Origin: Promethearchaeota archaeon
GTDB taxonomy: Archaea; Asgardarchaeota; Lokiarchaeia; Sigyniarchaeales; SOKP01
DNA length: 64,000 bases
Assembly (NCBI GenBank): GCA_048937405.1
Contig: JBHLNF010000006.1
Coordinates: 64,001-128,000, forward strand
Direction: 5' to 3'
Below, one piece after another: positions 20,035 to 30,853 of this stretch. Both the position numbers and the translations under genes were made by a program. Within the stretch, counting starts at the first letter, position 1; every line of letters starts with the position of its first letter. The notes under the pieces are model-generated. The model had not been told where the DNA came from. It did not search any database and saw only the letters and a list, made by a program, of their open reading frames with translations.

Positions 20035-20115
20035 TTTTTTTTTCACTTTTTTTTATTTTTATTTTTGTGTATTTTTTTTTTCTCTGATCATAAGGTGTGT
20101 AATATCATATTTAAA

Positions 20116-20236
20116 TGTTGTGTATTTATTATGTATACAAGAAAGTAGAAATTGTTGGATATTATGAGAAGAAAGTATCTAACCATTTTCTAAGATATTT
20201 TTCAATAGTGTGGATTAATTAAATAAATACACAACA
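20116..20236. promoter_or_regulatory. Perfect 15-bp inverted repeat, likely operator sites
   Basis: TGTTGTGTATTTATT (20116-20130) and AATAAATACACAACA (20222-20236); partial TGT(G)TATTT copies near 19901 and 20065. Confidence 0.55.
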
Positions 20237-20577
20237 CGATAAGAAGTATAAATATCAAATTGAAATTTTGTTGGTAGAAGATACTTTTTTTTAAAAAAAG
20301 GGAGCTTGGATTATTTGAATATTTTTTCTTTATATAGTTATAATTTGTTAAGAATTAATTGATTAAAGAGGTTTTAAGATGTTTTTAACCATTATCGCAA
20401 TATTTGTATGTATGTTATTTAAAGAGAAATTGGATGAAGAAATAGGCTAAAATTCTTTCTTTGTATTGTTTAATCTCCACCTTTTATAAATGTTATAATT
20501 TTATAATACGGAAAAATAATTATAATCTCGTTTTTTTGTGAATTATTTAATGGTTGAAGCATTTTATTTATTTATAG

Positions 20578-20985
20578 ATGTTAGATATAATTCTCATTCA
20601 ACATGTTCAAACTGGAATTAATCTTTTAGAGTATCACCAAGATCATACAAAATTTAATTCGAGTCATTCAGCTATTTTTAGCGGTTTTTTAAATGCGATT
20701 CAAAGTATTATGTCTAATGAGCTTGATATTGGGACAGTTATATTAATCTCTACTCGGGGTAAAAAAGGACATAATTGTATTATTGTTCCAAAATCGGTTA
20801 TTGATATTATAATTCTTTGTGATCAAGAAGATCCTATAGACCTCTGGAGAGAATTTGGTGAAGAAATAGCAGAAAAGTTTTTGAATATGTATGGTACAAA
20901 TAGGGATTTTAATGATGTTTCCCAATTCAGCAATTTCAAAGATGTTATAAAAGTTATGTGTATGGATAATAAGTATTGTGAATAA
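20578..20985 (+). CDS. Longin/Roadblock-like small alpha-beta protein
   Basis: TGINLLEY, IFSGFLNAIQSI and EEIAEKFLNMY...FSNF pattern typical of Asgard longin-like proteins. Confidence 0.7.
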   Translation: MLDIILIQHVQTGINLLEYHQDHTKFNSSHSAIFSGFLNAIQSIMSNELDIGTVILISTRGKKGHNCIIVPKSVIDIIILCDQEDPIDLWREFGEEIAEKFLNMYGTNRDFNDVSQFSNFKDVIKVMCMDNKYCE

Positions 20986-21077
20986 TGAATACTTTAAACA
21001 AAAAGTATTCAATAATTTACAATTTTATCGAAAAATAAATTGATAAGACTTTTTATTACCTGTATTTTTTAAAATAT

Positions 21078-22007
21078 ATGAAATTTGGTTATTGTGCACG
21101 AAATCTTTCGACTCTAACTTATCCTGAAGTTAGAGATTTAACCGTTAAACTTGAGGATTTAGGGTTTGAATCAGTACATATTAATGACCATTTAATAGGT
21201 TTTGATTTATCTCAGGAAAGAAAAGAACCATATCTAGAATCTCTTACTCTTTTGTCAGCTCTAGCGGTAGAAACTCAGAAAATAAAATTAGGTCATATAG
21301 TGTTATGTAATTCTTTTCGTAATCCTGCTTATTTGGCAAAAGTAATATTAACATTAGATCATATATCAAATGGTCGTATGTTATTGTGGTTAGGTGCGGG
21401 GTGGTTAAAAGAGGAATATTTAGCATATGGTTATCCCTTTCCTACACCAAAAAGAAGAGTAGATGAGGTTGAGGAATCATTAACCATTTATAAGAAGATT
21501 TTCACTGAAGATGAAACAAATTTTGAAGGAAAATTTTGGAAACTAGAGAAGCATAAGAATTTTCCTAAATCCATTCAGAAACCTTACCCCCAGATTGTCA
21601 TTGGAACGAATAGAAGTAGAATGATCGATATTGCGTGTAGAGAGGCTGATGGAATAAACATACCTTACTTATTACCACAACAACAGATGAAATTTAGAGA
21701 GTGTTTATCAGAAATTAATGAAAAATTAGCGAAATACAAACGAGATCGTTCTGAATTTGAAATCTCTTTTTTTCCAACTATAACAATGTTAAATAGTCAG
21801 GAAAGTCTTGAAAACTTTATAAAGGAAAGAAAAATTCCAGAATCTTACATGAAATATCTATTTATGGGGACTCCTGAGGATCTTCAAGAAAAAATAAAGG
21901 AAGCAGAAAATTTAGGAATTGATAAAATCGTGTTTGTATTAAACAGCCCCGATATTGAAGATCCCCTTAATGTTTTTAGAATTGAAATAATGAATAGATT
22001 TTCCTGA
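21078..22007 (+). CDS. LLM-class flavin/F420-dependent oxidoreductase
   Basis: GFESVHINDHL, RNPAYLAK, LDHISNGR, GAGW..EEY motifs. Confidence 0.93.
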   Translation: MKFGYCARNLSTLTYPEVRDLTVKLEDLGFESVHINDHLIGFDLSQERKEPYLESLTLLSALAVETQKIKLGHIVLCNSFRNPAYLAKVILTLDHISNGRMLLWLGAGWLKEEYLAYGYPFPTPKRRVDEVEESLTIYKKIFTEDETNFEGKFWKLEKHKNFPKSIQKPYPQIVIGTNRSRMIDIACREADGINIPYLLPQQQMKFRECLSEINEKLAKYKRDRSEFEISFFPTITMLNSQESLENFIKERKIPESYMKYLFMGTPEDLQEKIKEAENLGIDKIVFVLNSPDIEDPLNVFRIEIMNRFS

Positions 22008-22103
22008 ATTTTTTTTTACGTTTATTTTAAAAAATAAACCTGAAATATTATTAAATTTTATAGTTTTCTTAAAAAATAAATTTGTATTCTTTGTCAAATA
22101 AAA

Positions 22104-23153
22104 TTATAAGAAACGAAATTGTCCCGTAAATGCTAAATAAAATCCTAAAAGGATTGTTACTAGGAGGAAAACAAAAGAAATTATATTTAATTTATAATGC
22201 CATGTTCTATTTCTTTGGTTTCTTTTTTTTGTTTTTATAAAGCCTGTAATAAAACCTGGTATTATAAATATAACCGAAAGTAAAGCAAATATACCATGAA
22301 GAGTATAAAAGATAGCCCCTCTATTTAGGATGGTAGAATTCATCCAATATATAAATGAACTAAGAAAAGTTAAAAAATATAATAATGAAAATGCGATATG
22401 AAATTTCTTATTAATAAATTTTGGCAAATCATGAAAGAATTCAGTAATTGGGGAGTTTTTTAATCCAGAAATCATTGCAATCCCTCCAAAAAGGAAAGAA
22501 ATCGCCAGTAGAAAGGCATGTAAAGACCATCCAGAAAGAGCCATACGAGTAGCATTATCACTCCATCCCCGGCTTTCCCAATAACCTTTATAATCATAAT
22601 TAACAATCTCTATTCTAACCACCCATTTTACCCATTTATATCCTAATTGATTAGGTGCGACTACTCGTACAGGGAATCCATGTTCAGGAGGAAGAGGTTC
22701 ACCATTCATCTCATATGCTAAAAGAACATTCTCTTCAGTCGCTTCTTCTACTGTTAAAGAAGAAGTATAATCATCTGCGGCGTAAAAAATCACATCTAAC
22801 GCATCTTTGTTTATCTGAGCCATATCTAATAAACTTTTAAGAGGAATACCCTTCCAGATTGCAGTACCTGAAGGGCCCTCCACACATTGTAATGTTCCAA
22901 GTACTTTTTTTGAAGGTTGTGAAGTAAAATTTGAATAGGTAAAAGTTAAAGTGTTATTAACTTGCCCATCAATGACTAAAATCCATGCATTTTCGTTAAT
23001 TTGTGGAGTTTCTCCTTTTGAAATAACAAAAAAATTATCATTTGGAGTAATTAAATTTCTACTAATATATAGTGCTGTAAGTGCTATTAAAGGAATGCTT
23101 AATACAAGTATGATACCTATAAATTTAAAATTGCCGCTTTTATATCTATTCAT
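22104..23153 (-). CDS. Sulfite-oxidase-family molybdopterin oxidoreductase fused to a 4-TM His-containing domain
   Basis: LQCVEG, AYEMNGEPLPPEHGFPVR, GYKWVKWV, GYWESRGW; four C-terminal TM helices each carrying a His. Confidence 0.9.
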   Translation of the reverse strand: MNRYKSGNFKFIGIILVLSIPLIALTALYISRNLITPNDNFFVISKGETPQINENAWILVIDGQVNNTLTFTYSNFTSQPSKKVLGTLQCVEGPSGTAIWKGIPLKSLLDMAQINKDALDVIFYAADDYTSSLTVEEATEENVLLAYEMNGEPLPPEHGFPVRVVAPNQLGYKWVKWVVRIEIVNYDYKGYWESRGWSDNATRMALSGWSLHAFLLAISFLFGGIAMISGLKNSPITEFFHDLPKFINKKFHIAFSLLYFLTFLSSFIYWMNSTILNRGAIFYTLHGIFALLSVIFIIPGFITGFIKTKKRNQRNRTWHYKLNIISFVFLLVTILLGFYLAFTGQFRFL

Positions 23154-23827
23154 ATTAAATTCTTAAGTTTTAAAAACAAAATTATATAATTTAAGAATTA
23201 AGAAGTGAAATAAACTATGTACGATTAAACACTTTCTAATTTTAAAATTTCGCGAATATAAAATATAAGATATTAATTTATAATAAAAATCATCTGTGTT
23301 TAATGAAGGATTTTTCTAATTAAATTATATTTCTACTTAGATTTCATATAATATTGCAAATTTATGGGGATTTAACTGAAAATGGAAATTAAATTAAGAT
23401 TGTACCCAATATATCTAATAAAAATAATAGAGAAACATTAATAAAGTTTTAAATAATAGTAGAGTTAAAATCCATATTAGATTCTTCTTCTTAATGAATA
23501 TAAACGAATTAAATCCTCTATTTATCCTTTTAACTTTACTCATTTTTATTGCCAATGATTTTTTGTTTTTCTTTTCTTTTAAACATTTTTGTATCAAATT
23601 TCAATATAATTAGGGCCAGATAGTTTAATTTTTACCTATATAACTACAATTTTATTGGGTATTGTTAATAATTTTAGAAAAATTCCTTCTCAATTTCATT
23701 ATATATGATATAAAATCTCTTTGATATGACAAAATCATACCACAAAATCTATCAATGTAAAATTAAAGGAAACTTGAATATTGAAATATGAGAATTATTG
23801 GATAAAATAGAAAAAAAATAAAAAAAT

Positions 23828-24166
23828 TTAGCCTGCTGTACTTGCAGGGATTAAAAGAATATCATCACCATCATTTACAACATAATCATCTAATTGACTA
23901 TTTTCATCCATAGTAACTCCCCCAGACGACAAGTGAAAATCATTAGGATCAAGTCCGTATAAATTCCCTAATGTTCTTTTAAGATCTTTCACTCGATTAG
24001 TACTATTTACTGATAATTTTTCCTTTTTTTCACCAGGTCCAATAGTCGACATGAAATATAATGTAACTTTCTTACCAGCTGATGGTGTTTTAGAAGCTGG
24101 AGTTTTTGATCTTACTGATTTTTCTCCAGCTAGTTCTAAATCTTCATCAAAATCATCAAAACTCAT
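23828..24166 (-). CDS. Ubiquitin-like (beta-grasp) protein with N-terminal extension and C-terminal Gly
   Basis: VKDLK, LSSGGVTMDENSQLDDY..NDGDDILLIP; ends in TAG (Thr-Ala-Gly). Confidence 0.85.
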   Translation of the reverse strand: MSFDDFDEDLELAGEKSVRSKTPASKTPSAGKKVTLYFMSTIGPGEKKEKLSVNSTNRVKDLKRTLGNLYGLDPNDFHLSSGGVTMDENSQLDDYVVNDGDDILLIPASTAG

Positions 24167-24349
24167 TTATATCTCACAATTTTATTTTAATTATAGATTT
24201 TATTAACTTAATTAAATAGCATCAATAGATTATTATAAAACCTATTGGAATGATTTTGAAGTTTTTTGGTTTTTTAAAAAAGAATTTTTATATCAATTTA
24301 GAATTAACCAAAACTAGATTAACTAATAAAAATTTTAATATTAAAAGGA

Positions 24350-25342
24350 ATGGCAGAGGATTTAATGAAAAAGTATTGGTTTTTTTTTAAACAAGTAATA
24401 TTAACTTTCACTATTTTTATGAGTTTAATTGTACTTTCTTATTTCTATTACTATAATCAGGAATTTAGGGAAACATCAATACAATATGGAATTAGTTGGA
24501 TGGTTACTATTATATATTTTATTTTATGTTTTTACCTACTATTTTTTTTGATAGATTTAAACACATATAATAAAATTTTTCTTATTACTATATTAATTGG
24601 AACTTTTTTCTGGATTTTTATTTATTTTCTAGAATTATTAGAAATTAAAACGATCTTCTCCTTGAATTTGGGAATTATTCAAGATGCATCAGCAATTATT
24701 TGTTTTTCAATAGTATCACCAGGTTTAACTTTAAATTTCTTTAAAATTATCAAAAATAATTCAAATCGGGATAAAAGAAGTAAATTTCTTCACAATTATC
24801 ATATTCATGAGGGATTTGTTGGTTTATTATTTATTGTTATTGCTATTTTTTTTTGGATATTACGCCAAATAATGATCCAATATGAGATTTTACAGCATAA
24901 ATTAAGGATTTATTTAGCTCTTGACATGATTTTATTATTTTTGTTTTTATTTAGTGGAAGTTTTCTAATTTTTAGAGACAGAAGAGATGTATTCAAACTT
25001 AAATTTATTGAAAAAAGAGGAAATATAATTTCTGTTAATTCATCATCTGTATTCAGTCCAATAACAGTAGAATCTATTGAATTTTTTAAATTCCCTCGAT
25101 TGTTATTGTATCCTTTTGGGATATTACTAAGTAGTTTGGCTGTAAATTTATTTATTCATGGAACAGATTTTTTACCAAAAGTCCTTTTTAAAACTAATCA
25201 TGAAAAGCTTGTACTAATAGGCATTATTTTTTGTACAATTGCAGGAGGGATCATAGGAATTGATTGGTATCGAATATTTGCAAGACTTTACCCTCATTTG
25301 TATCAAGAACATGAGCAAATATTGAAAAAACTTGTCAATTAA
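24350..25342 (+). CDS. Multi-pass membrane protein
   Basis: About 8 hydrophobic segments and a YHIHEG motif. Confidence 0.75.
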   Translation: MAEDLMKKYWFFFKQVILTFTIFMSLIVLSYFYYYNQEFRETSIQYGISWMVTIIYFILCFYLLFFLIDLNTYNKIFLITILIGTFFWIFIYFLELLEIKTIFSLNLGIIQDASAIICFSIVSPGLTLNFFKIIKNNSNRDKRSKFLHNYHIHEGFVGLLFIVIAIFFWILRQIMIQYEILQHKLRIYLALDMILLFLFLFSGSFLIFRDRRDVFKLKFIEKRGNIISVNSSSVFSPITVESIEFFKFPRLLLYPFGILLSSLAVNLFIHGTDFLPKVLFKTNHEKLVLIGIIFCTIAGGIIGIDWYRIFARLYPHLYQEHEQILKKLVN

Positions 25343-25433
25343 GACTAATGGATTTTGTTCTTTAAGATTATGAATTGCTTAGATGCAGAAATATTGCTAA
25401 AATCGAATCAATTAAATATACGCACTTCATATA

Positions 25434-25715
25434 TTGTTAACAACTAATATTTATTGTCTGAAATCGAAATATAATTACTATCTATCTTTAATAATGAAAA
25501 AAAAAGTTGAATTTGATTTAATTTTTGGTTATTTTCTATTTATAGTCGGAACATTTTCAGTTGGTTATGCATTTATAGTATTCATTATTAACATAGCGTT
25601 AATACCAACAGGATTTTTCATTCTTATAAAAGATATATCTTTTGACCTTGTTTTTATACTTCTTGGATTATTGATCATTAGAAAGAAAAAGACCAAAAAT
25701 TCATACAATCAATGA
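25434..25715 (+). CDS. Small 2-TM membrane protein (true start probably the internal ATG of MKKKVEF)
   Basis: Two hydrophobic segments and a basic tail. Confidence 0.55.
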   Translation: MLTTNIYCLKSKYNYYLSLIMKKKVEFDLIFGYFLFIVGTFSVGYAFIVFIINIALIPTGFFILIKDISFDLVFILLGLLIIRKKKTKNSYNQ

Positions 25716-25761
25716 AGTTAAGGAATGAATAAACTGCTAAATATCTTGATCCTTCCTAATT

Positions 25762-26562
25762 TTAAATATTTTTTATTGATGTAATTTGAATATTTGATTT
25801 AATATTGAATAACTTATCTTCAATTTGATTTTGAATTTCTTTTGATATGTTATCAACAATTTCACCTTGAATATTCTCAAGATATTCATTAAGGACATTT
25901 TCTATTATAGGAGTTATTTTAAATTTAATCTCTTCTATAACTTCATATTTTTTTAAATAAGAATGCTTGAAGTTGATTAAATAATTTCTATTTAGCTTTT
26001 TGAGCCAAGCATTGCCCCTTTTTTCTAACAAACGGAAAATTTGCCGAGATTTTGCAGAGTTAAAGTATTTAAATTCAAATTGAAATTTACTTATCATATC
26101 TTCAAAATATTCTACAATTAATGTCTTCTCTTTAATACTCAATTCTGTTTTAGAATTAAGGAATAATATTATCATATAATTGTTAAATAAAAAAAAAATT
26201 AAAACTTTAATATTAGATCCATGAATTTCCAGGTTTGATAAATTTTGAATATTGGTTTGACCTGCGAAAGTTTTAAAGGAACTAAAATACATTGAAATCA
26301 AATCTATTTCTAAAAAATTTGTTTCATCTTCAGATAAATACGATTTTATTGGTCCATAATTGTGTTGATCTTTTAAATCATATTCAAAAACCATGAGTGT
26401 ATTTCCATACCGATCTGCAATTAAACATCCTATTATTGGTGGAATTTTATTAAATTTATTTGAAGTATAAGCACTATTAAACAATAATTTTTCAATATTT
26501 CTATTAGATTTTTGAAAAATGCTTTTTGTGCCATTATGAATCTTTTTTAAATTAGTATCCAT
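25762..26562 (-). CDS. Roadblock/longin-like domain protein
   Basis: IGCLIADRYGNTL, LISMYFSSFKTF, MIILFLN pattern. Confidence 0.65.
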   Translation of the reverse strand: MDTNLKKIHNGTKSIFQKSNRNIEKLLFNSAYTSNKFNKIPPIIGCLIADRYGNTLMVFEYDLKDQHNYGPIKSYLSEDETNFLEIDLISMYFSSFKTFAGQTNIQNLSNLEIHGSNIKVLIFFLFNNYMIILFLNSKTELSIKEKTLIVEYFEDMISKFQFEFKYFNSAKSRQIFRLLEKRGNAWLKKLNRNYLINFKHSYLKKYEVIEEIKFKITPIIENVLNEYLENIQGEIVDNISKEIQNQIEDKLFNIKSNIQITSIKNI

Positions 26563-27083
26563 GGATCGATCCTTTTCGAATAATTAAGTTCTATTTAATA
26601 TAAGTTGATTGATGAGTTTTAATTTATATTTAACTAAGATATAGACTATAATGGATACTAAACTTTCTAAAAATTCAAAAGAGACCCATAAATTTTGAAA
26701 AAAGTAAAAATATTTTACTGGAATTTGCAAAATGAAATTTAAAGTTTATATTTATAGAATAAATGGGGATATCTTTTCTTTAAGAATCAGAATGAGAAAT
26801 AATTAATCTAATTGCAACATTATTGAACTATATAATTTTTAAATATTTTAATAGAATTTACCAATATTAAAGAATAAACTAGACTAAATAGGGAAATAAA
26901 AATTAGATCTGCAAAAATTTTTATACAATGTATATATAAATATATATTTTCAAAATTTATTGAATTAAAATACTTGAATTAGAAGATTTTACATAACCTA
27001 AACATAACATTTAAATATATAATTCTATATATTAGATTGGGTATATTATTAAATAATAAAAAAAAGGCGAAAAATTTAAAAAA

Positions 27084-27188
27084 ATGACAATTAAAGAATT
27101 TTATGAAATTCTAATGACTATTGTTGGAATTTCTGGTTTAATTGCTCTAGCTATTGTTCTATTAATATTAATTGGTATATTTGTGTAG
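27084..27188 (+). CDS. 34-aa single-TM microprotein
   Basis: MTIKEFYEILMTIVGISGLIALAIVLLILIGIFV*; upstream TTTAAATA TATA-like box and AGGCG. Confidence 0.55.
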   Translation: MTIKEFYEILMTIVGISGLIALAIVLLILIGIFV

Positions 27189-27349
27189 TTTTCTTTTAAT
27201 AATAATTCAAATTTCTCGCGAACCTCTTCTGAATCTTTATTAGTAAACGGATTTTTATTTTATTCCTCTTAAACACATAGATCATTTAAAGATTTGATGT
27301 TCCAAAAATTGAAAATAAAAGATTTATAAAATAAATCAAAAATTTAGTT

Positions 27350-27517
27350 TCAATAAATTGTATTTTTACTTTTCCACATTTTTATAAATTTTTTAAATTC
27401 ATTATGGGAAATATCCAGAGTATTGGTTTTCTTAAAATCATTCTTCATTTTTTTTCTATATGAAGGTTTACTCCGTAAAGCTAATTCCCAATCATAATAT
27501 GATACTTGTCTTTTCAC
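27350..27517 (-). CDS. Possible 55-aa basic protein
   Basis: GTG-start frame VKRQVSYYDWELALRSKPSY...MWKSKNTIY*. Confidence 0.4.
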   Translation of the reverse strand: MKRQVSYYDWELALRSKPSYRKKMKNDFKKTNTLDISHNEFKKFIKMWKSKNTIY

Positions 27518-27601
27518 ATTTTAAAAAAAAAAATACTCCAAAATAAAACAAGGGAGTCCGACAAATTTTAGAATAATAAAGTTTAAATGATATATATTTT
27601 A

Positions 27602-28108
27602 TTAAGGGATAAATCCATTTTCTAGAATTATTTCGGTTGCAAGTTTAGCAATATTACCTACTAGAGTTGAACAATGCTCACCCATATCTGAGTTAAATGC
27701 TTCTTCCAAATCTTTAGGATTCCAGAAATCATAAGTCCTTCCTACCAGTTTCTCTTGAACATCATGACATCTACATGATCCATATTCCTTTACATATTTA
27801 TCATGTAATTCTTTAACTAATTTGTAAGATTTCAACGGTTTCATCCTATCTTTAAAATCTTTACGTTCTCTCCCAAATAAATATCCGATTACCATTGAAG
27901 CTCCTACTAAGGCCCCACATGATCCGTTCCCTGTCAACCCTAATCCATCTGCTAAACCACTTGCCGCTTTAAAAACATCTTCACTCCATATCCCCAATGA
28001 ATCAAGAACGGCTGCTGCAGTAGATTGAGCACATCCTGTACATTCTAATTCATTTTTTTTTCCTAACTCAAAAGCCTTAAGAATAATTTGCTCATTAGTT
28101 TCCTTCAT
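27602..28108 (-). CDS. C-GCAxxG-C-C family putative redox protein
   Basis: GCAQS, GSCGALVGA, GSCRC and a late Cys. Confidence 0.9.
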   Translation of the reverse strand: MKETNEQIILKAFELGKKNELECTGCAQSTAAAVLDSLGIWSEDVFKAASGLADGLGLTGNGSCGALVGASMVIGYLFGRERKDFKDRMKPLKSYKLVKELHDKYVKEYGSCRCHDVQEKLVGRTYDFWNPKDLEEAFNSDMGEHCSTLVGNIAKLATEIILENGFIP

Positions 28109-28231
28109 ATTCTTTAAAAAATATGTATCTAATAAAAAAATTTCAGTTTTTCTTTTTAATTAAATTATATTATAGAGCTTTTAAACTAAAAAAAAAAGAA
28201 ATGAGTAGATCTCATTCTAAAGAAAAAAAGA

Positions 28232-29518
28232 TTATCTTGTTTTTGGTGGTTTTATTAAATATGCTAATATGGCAGCCCCTACAGATAGAAAGCACATTAC
28301 TATAAATAATATTAAATAACTTCCGAAAGCAGTTACAAATATATTTACACCAACAGCTCCTACAAATCCTGCAATTCCATAAGCTGTAAACACTACGCCA
28401 TAATTAGGCCCTAAGTTTTCTGAGCCAAATAAATCAGCGGTTGCTGTAGGAAATAAACTGAAATTACCACCGAAGCAGAAGTATATGGCGCAAGTCATAA
28501 ACATAAAATAGAGTTCGTTAACATTTGAAGTAAAATAAATACTCATCAGAATTGCTTGAGTTATAAACATTACTAACATAGCTTTTTTATATGTTATTAT
28601 ATCGGCTAATTTACCCCATATTATTCTTCCTAATCCATTGAATAATGCTGCTAAACTGCCTATTAATACAAAATCAGCAGTACCTATCACATAAATAAAA
28701 TTGTCCGTAGCATCGACAGTTTTTGCAAAAGATGCATAAGATCCTATTACCATTAAGCCCGACATTGCACTTAAGACAAAAGTAGCCCAAAGCATCCAGA
28801 ATTGAGGCAATTTTATGGTTTCATATCGTTCAAATTCGATTCCTGAAATCCCACTTTCTTCTGAGGGGGGAGGTGGCATCCAACCCTCTGGTCTCCATCC
28901 CTCTGGAGGGTTACTTAAAGTCAGAGCTCCTCCTATTACTAAAACTAAATATATAATTCCTAAAACAATAAACATTATAGGAATATTATTAGTAATTGAT
29001 GATAGAAAATTAGAATCTGTGGTTTCCAAATTATTGGGATTAGCAAGAGCTTTTATTACATAATTAAAGATAAAAGATCCTGCTCCAAAACCTGCCACAG
29101 CGATTCCATTAATAAATCCTTTTTTATCGGGAAACCACTTGCTTGCACAAGCAATAGGGCATACGTATCCAAATCCAATTCCTGCCCCAAAAAGAATTCC
29201 ATATGTGAATAATAAGCCAGTAAAAGTAGTCATAGCCGCTGATAATATAACTCCAGTTCCAAGTAAAATGCCTCCCAATATCGCTATCTTCTTAGGACCA
29301 TATTTATTTTGTAATTGTCCCGCGAAAATCATAATAATAGCAAATGTCAATAATCCTGCCCCAAAAATATAGACAGTTACTTCTTTTGCCTCATTTAGAT
29401 ATGGACTAACAAAAATGGTAAGAGTACCCCATGAATAAATTGTTCCTAATGCGAGTTGTATCAAAATAGCACCAATTACAACAATCCAACGGTTCCTAAC
29501 TTTTAACACTTCAGTCAT
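28232..29518 (-). CDS. OFA-family MFS transporter (oxalate/formate antiporter-like)
   Basis: LALGTIYSW, KWFPDKKG..NGIAVAGFGAGS, NGLGRIIWG, FGGNFSLFP, NYGVVFTAYG motifs. Confidence 0.92.
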   Translation of the reverse strand: MTEVLKVRNRWIVVIGAILIQLALGTIYSWGTLTIFVSPYLNEAKEVTVYIFGAGLLTFAIIMIFAGQLQNKYGPKKIAILGGILLGTGVILSAAMTTFTGLLFTYGILFGAGIGFGYVCPIACASKWFPDKKGFINGIAVAGFGAGSFIFNYVIKALANPNNLETTDSNFLSSITNNIPIMFIVLGIIYLVLVIGGALTLSNPPEGWRPEGWMPPPPSEESGISGIEFERYETIKLPQFWMLWATFVLSAMSGLMVIGSYASFAKTVDATDNFIYVIGTADFVLIGSLAALFNGLGRIIWGKLADIITYKKAMLVMFITQAILMSIYFTSNVNELYFMFMTCAIYFCFGGNFSLFPTATADLFGSENLGPNYGVVFTAYGIAGFVGAVGVNIFVTAFGSYLILFIVMCFLSVGAAILAYLIKPPKTR

Positions 29519-29733
29519 TTTTTATCTATCTAACAAAATTATATATGGATTGAAATTATTTGAAAGATTTAAACCTTGTTTTAATATTTTACAAATCAGT
29601 TGAATTATGAATTTATTAATTATAGACATAAAAGAGAAGTTATCACTATTTCCTAACTTTAAAAAAAAAAATAATTAAAATATGCCATATTAGTAAGTTT
29701 TATATCAAAATAAGCTTTTAGTATGCTATTATC

Positions 29734-30759
29734 ATGAGATTCATTACAGGATTAAAAAATCTGTCAAAAAAGAAATTATTATTAACAATTATTATAATTT
29801 TCATCATTTCTTGGATTTTATTGCTTTTTGGGGCAATTTTATCAAATGACACGTTTACTGGATTTATCTTCATTTTTATATTAGTTTTAGCAGCATTTAC
29901 TTTTATACTATTAATTTTTTCCCTTTTTTTCAATCTTGATGAAAGAGCAACATTTGTAGTAATAACATCATTCATCTTATTTTTACCTATTGCGTTCGTT
30001 TTTAATAATTTTATTTGGACGTTTTTTGGTTTCTGCTTTGTTGCTAATCAGATATTTACTGCTTTCTTTGCGTTCAAATTTTGTATGGATACATCTACTA
30101 CAGTAGATGATTATTTATATAGGAAGAAGGGATCAAGGATATTTATGAGAATATTAGAATTCGTTGTTTTTCTAGTTCTTACAATGTTATTCGTTATTTT
30201 CATTATACGACAATTTAAAAATTCGAGTAATCCAGACGTTCAAGCTTTAGGAGTTGTCCTCGAAAGAATTTATCTTATTCTAATAGTGATTGATACTATA
30301 TTATTTGTATTTGGAATACTACGATTTATCCCTACTAAGAAATTTCCTGCTTACATTTCTCTTTTCTATCTCTTAACATTTATCTATATGTTCTATTTAG
30401 TTATAAGTCTTTCATTAAAATATAGCCCTGATAACGCTTATAATTGGCTTTCATTTATAATTGATTTATTTATCTTCTTGTATCTTCTTGGTTCTATATT
30501 CGAACGAGTTGAGTATATCAAAGAAAGTATTAAAATATTAGGTGCAGATACAATTGCATTATTTGTAATATTAATGAAATTAATTGTACAAATCGTTGAT
30601 ATTATATTGATTTCTGGCAAGCCCCTAAACCCTGATGCAGAAAAGTTTATACTTGGTTCCATTTTTGTTTTATTACTATGTTTTGCTCTCTTTACTCTAT
30701 TGATAGGTCTCTATAAGATTTTCGCTCATAAAGAAGGGAAAAAGTCAAAACATTCATAA
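29734..30759 (+). CDS. Multi-pass membrane protein
   Basis: About 10 hydrophobic segments. Confidence 0.75.
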   Translation: MRFITGLKNLSKKKLLLTIIIIFIISWILLLFGAILSNDTFTGFIFIFILVLAAFTFILLIFSLFFNLDERATFVVITSFILFLPIAFVFNNFIWTFFGFCFVANQIFTAFFAFKFCMDTSTTVDDYLYRKKGSRIFMRILEFVVFLVLTMLFVIFIIRQFKNSSNPDVQALGVVLERIYLILIVIDTILFVFGILRFIPTKKFPAYISLFYLLTFIYMFYLVISLSLKYSPDNAYNWLSFIIDLFIFLYLLGSIFERVEYIKESIKILGADTIALFVILMKLIVQIVDIILISGKPLNPDAEKFILGSIFVLLLCFALFTLLIGLYKIFAHKEGKKSKHS

Positions 30760-30853
30760 TTTCTATTAAGTAAGCATACGCTTCAGTCAAAATTTTTAAA
30801 TATTATTTATTAATATATAATAAATTGGCATATTAAATTAAAAAGGATAAGTT

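Noticed and set aside
23415-23597. 60-aa Lys-rich/hydrophobic ORF
   Set aside because: Composition is as expected for random AT-rich DNA, with no motif or SD.
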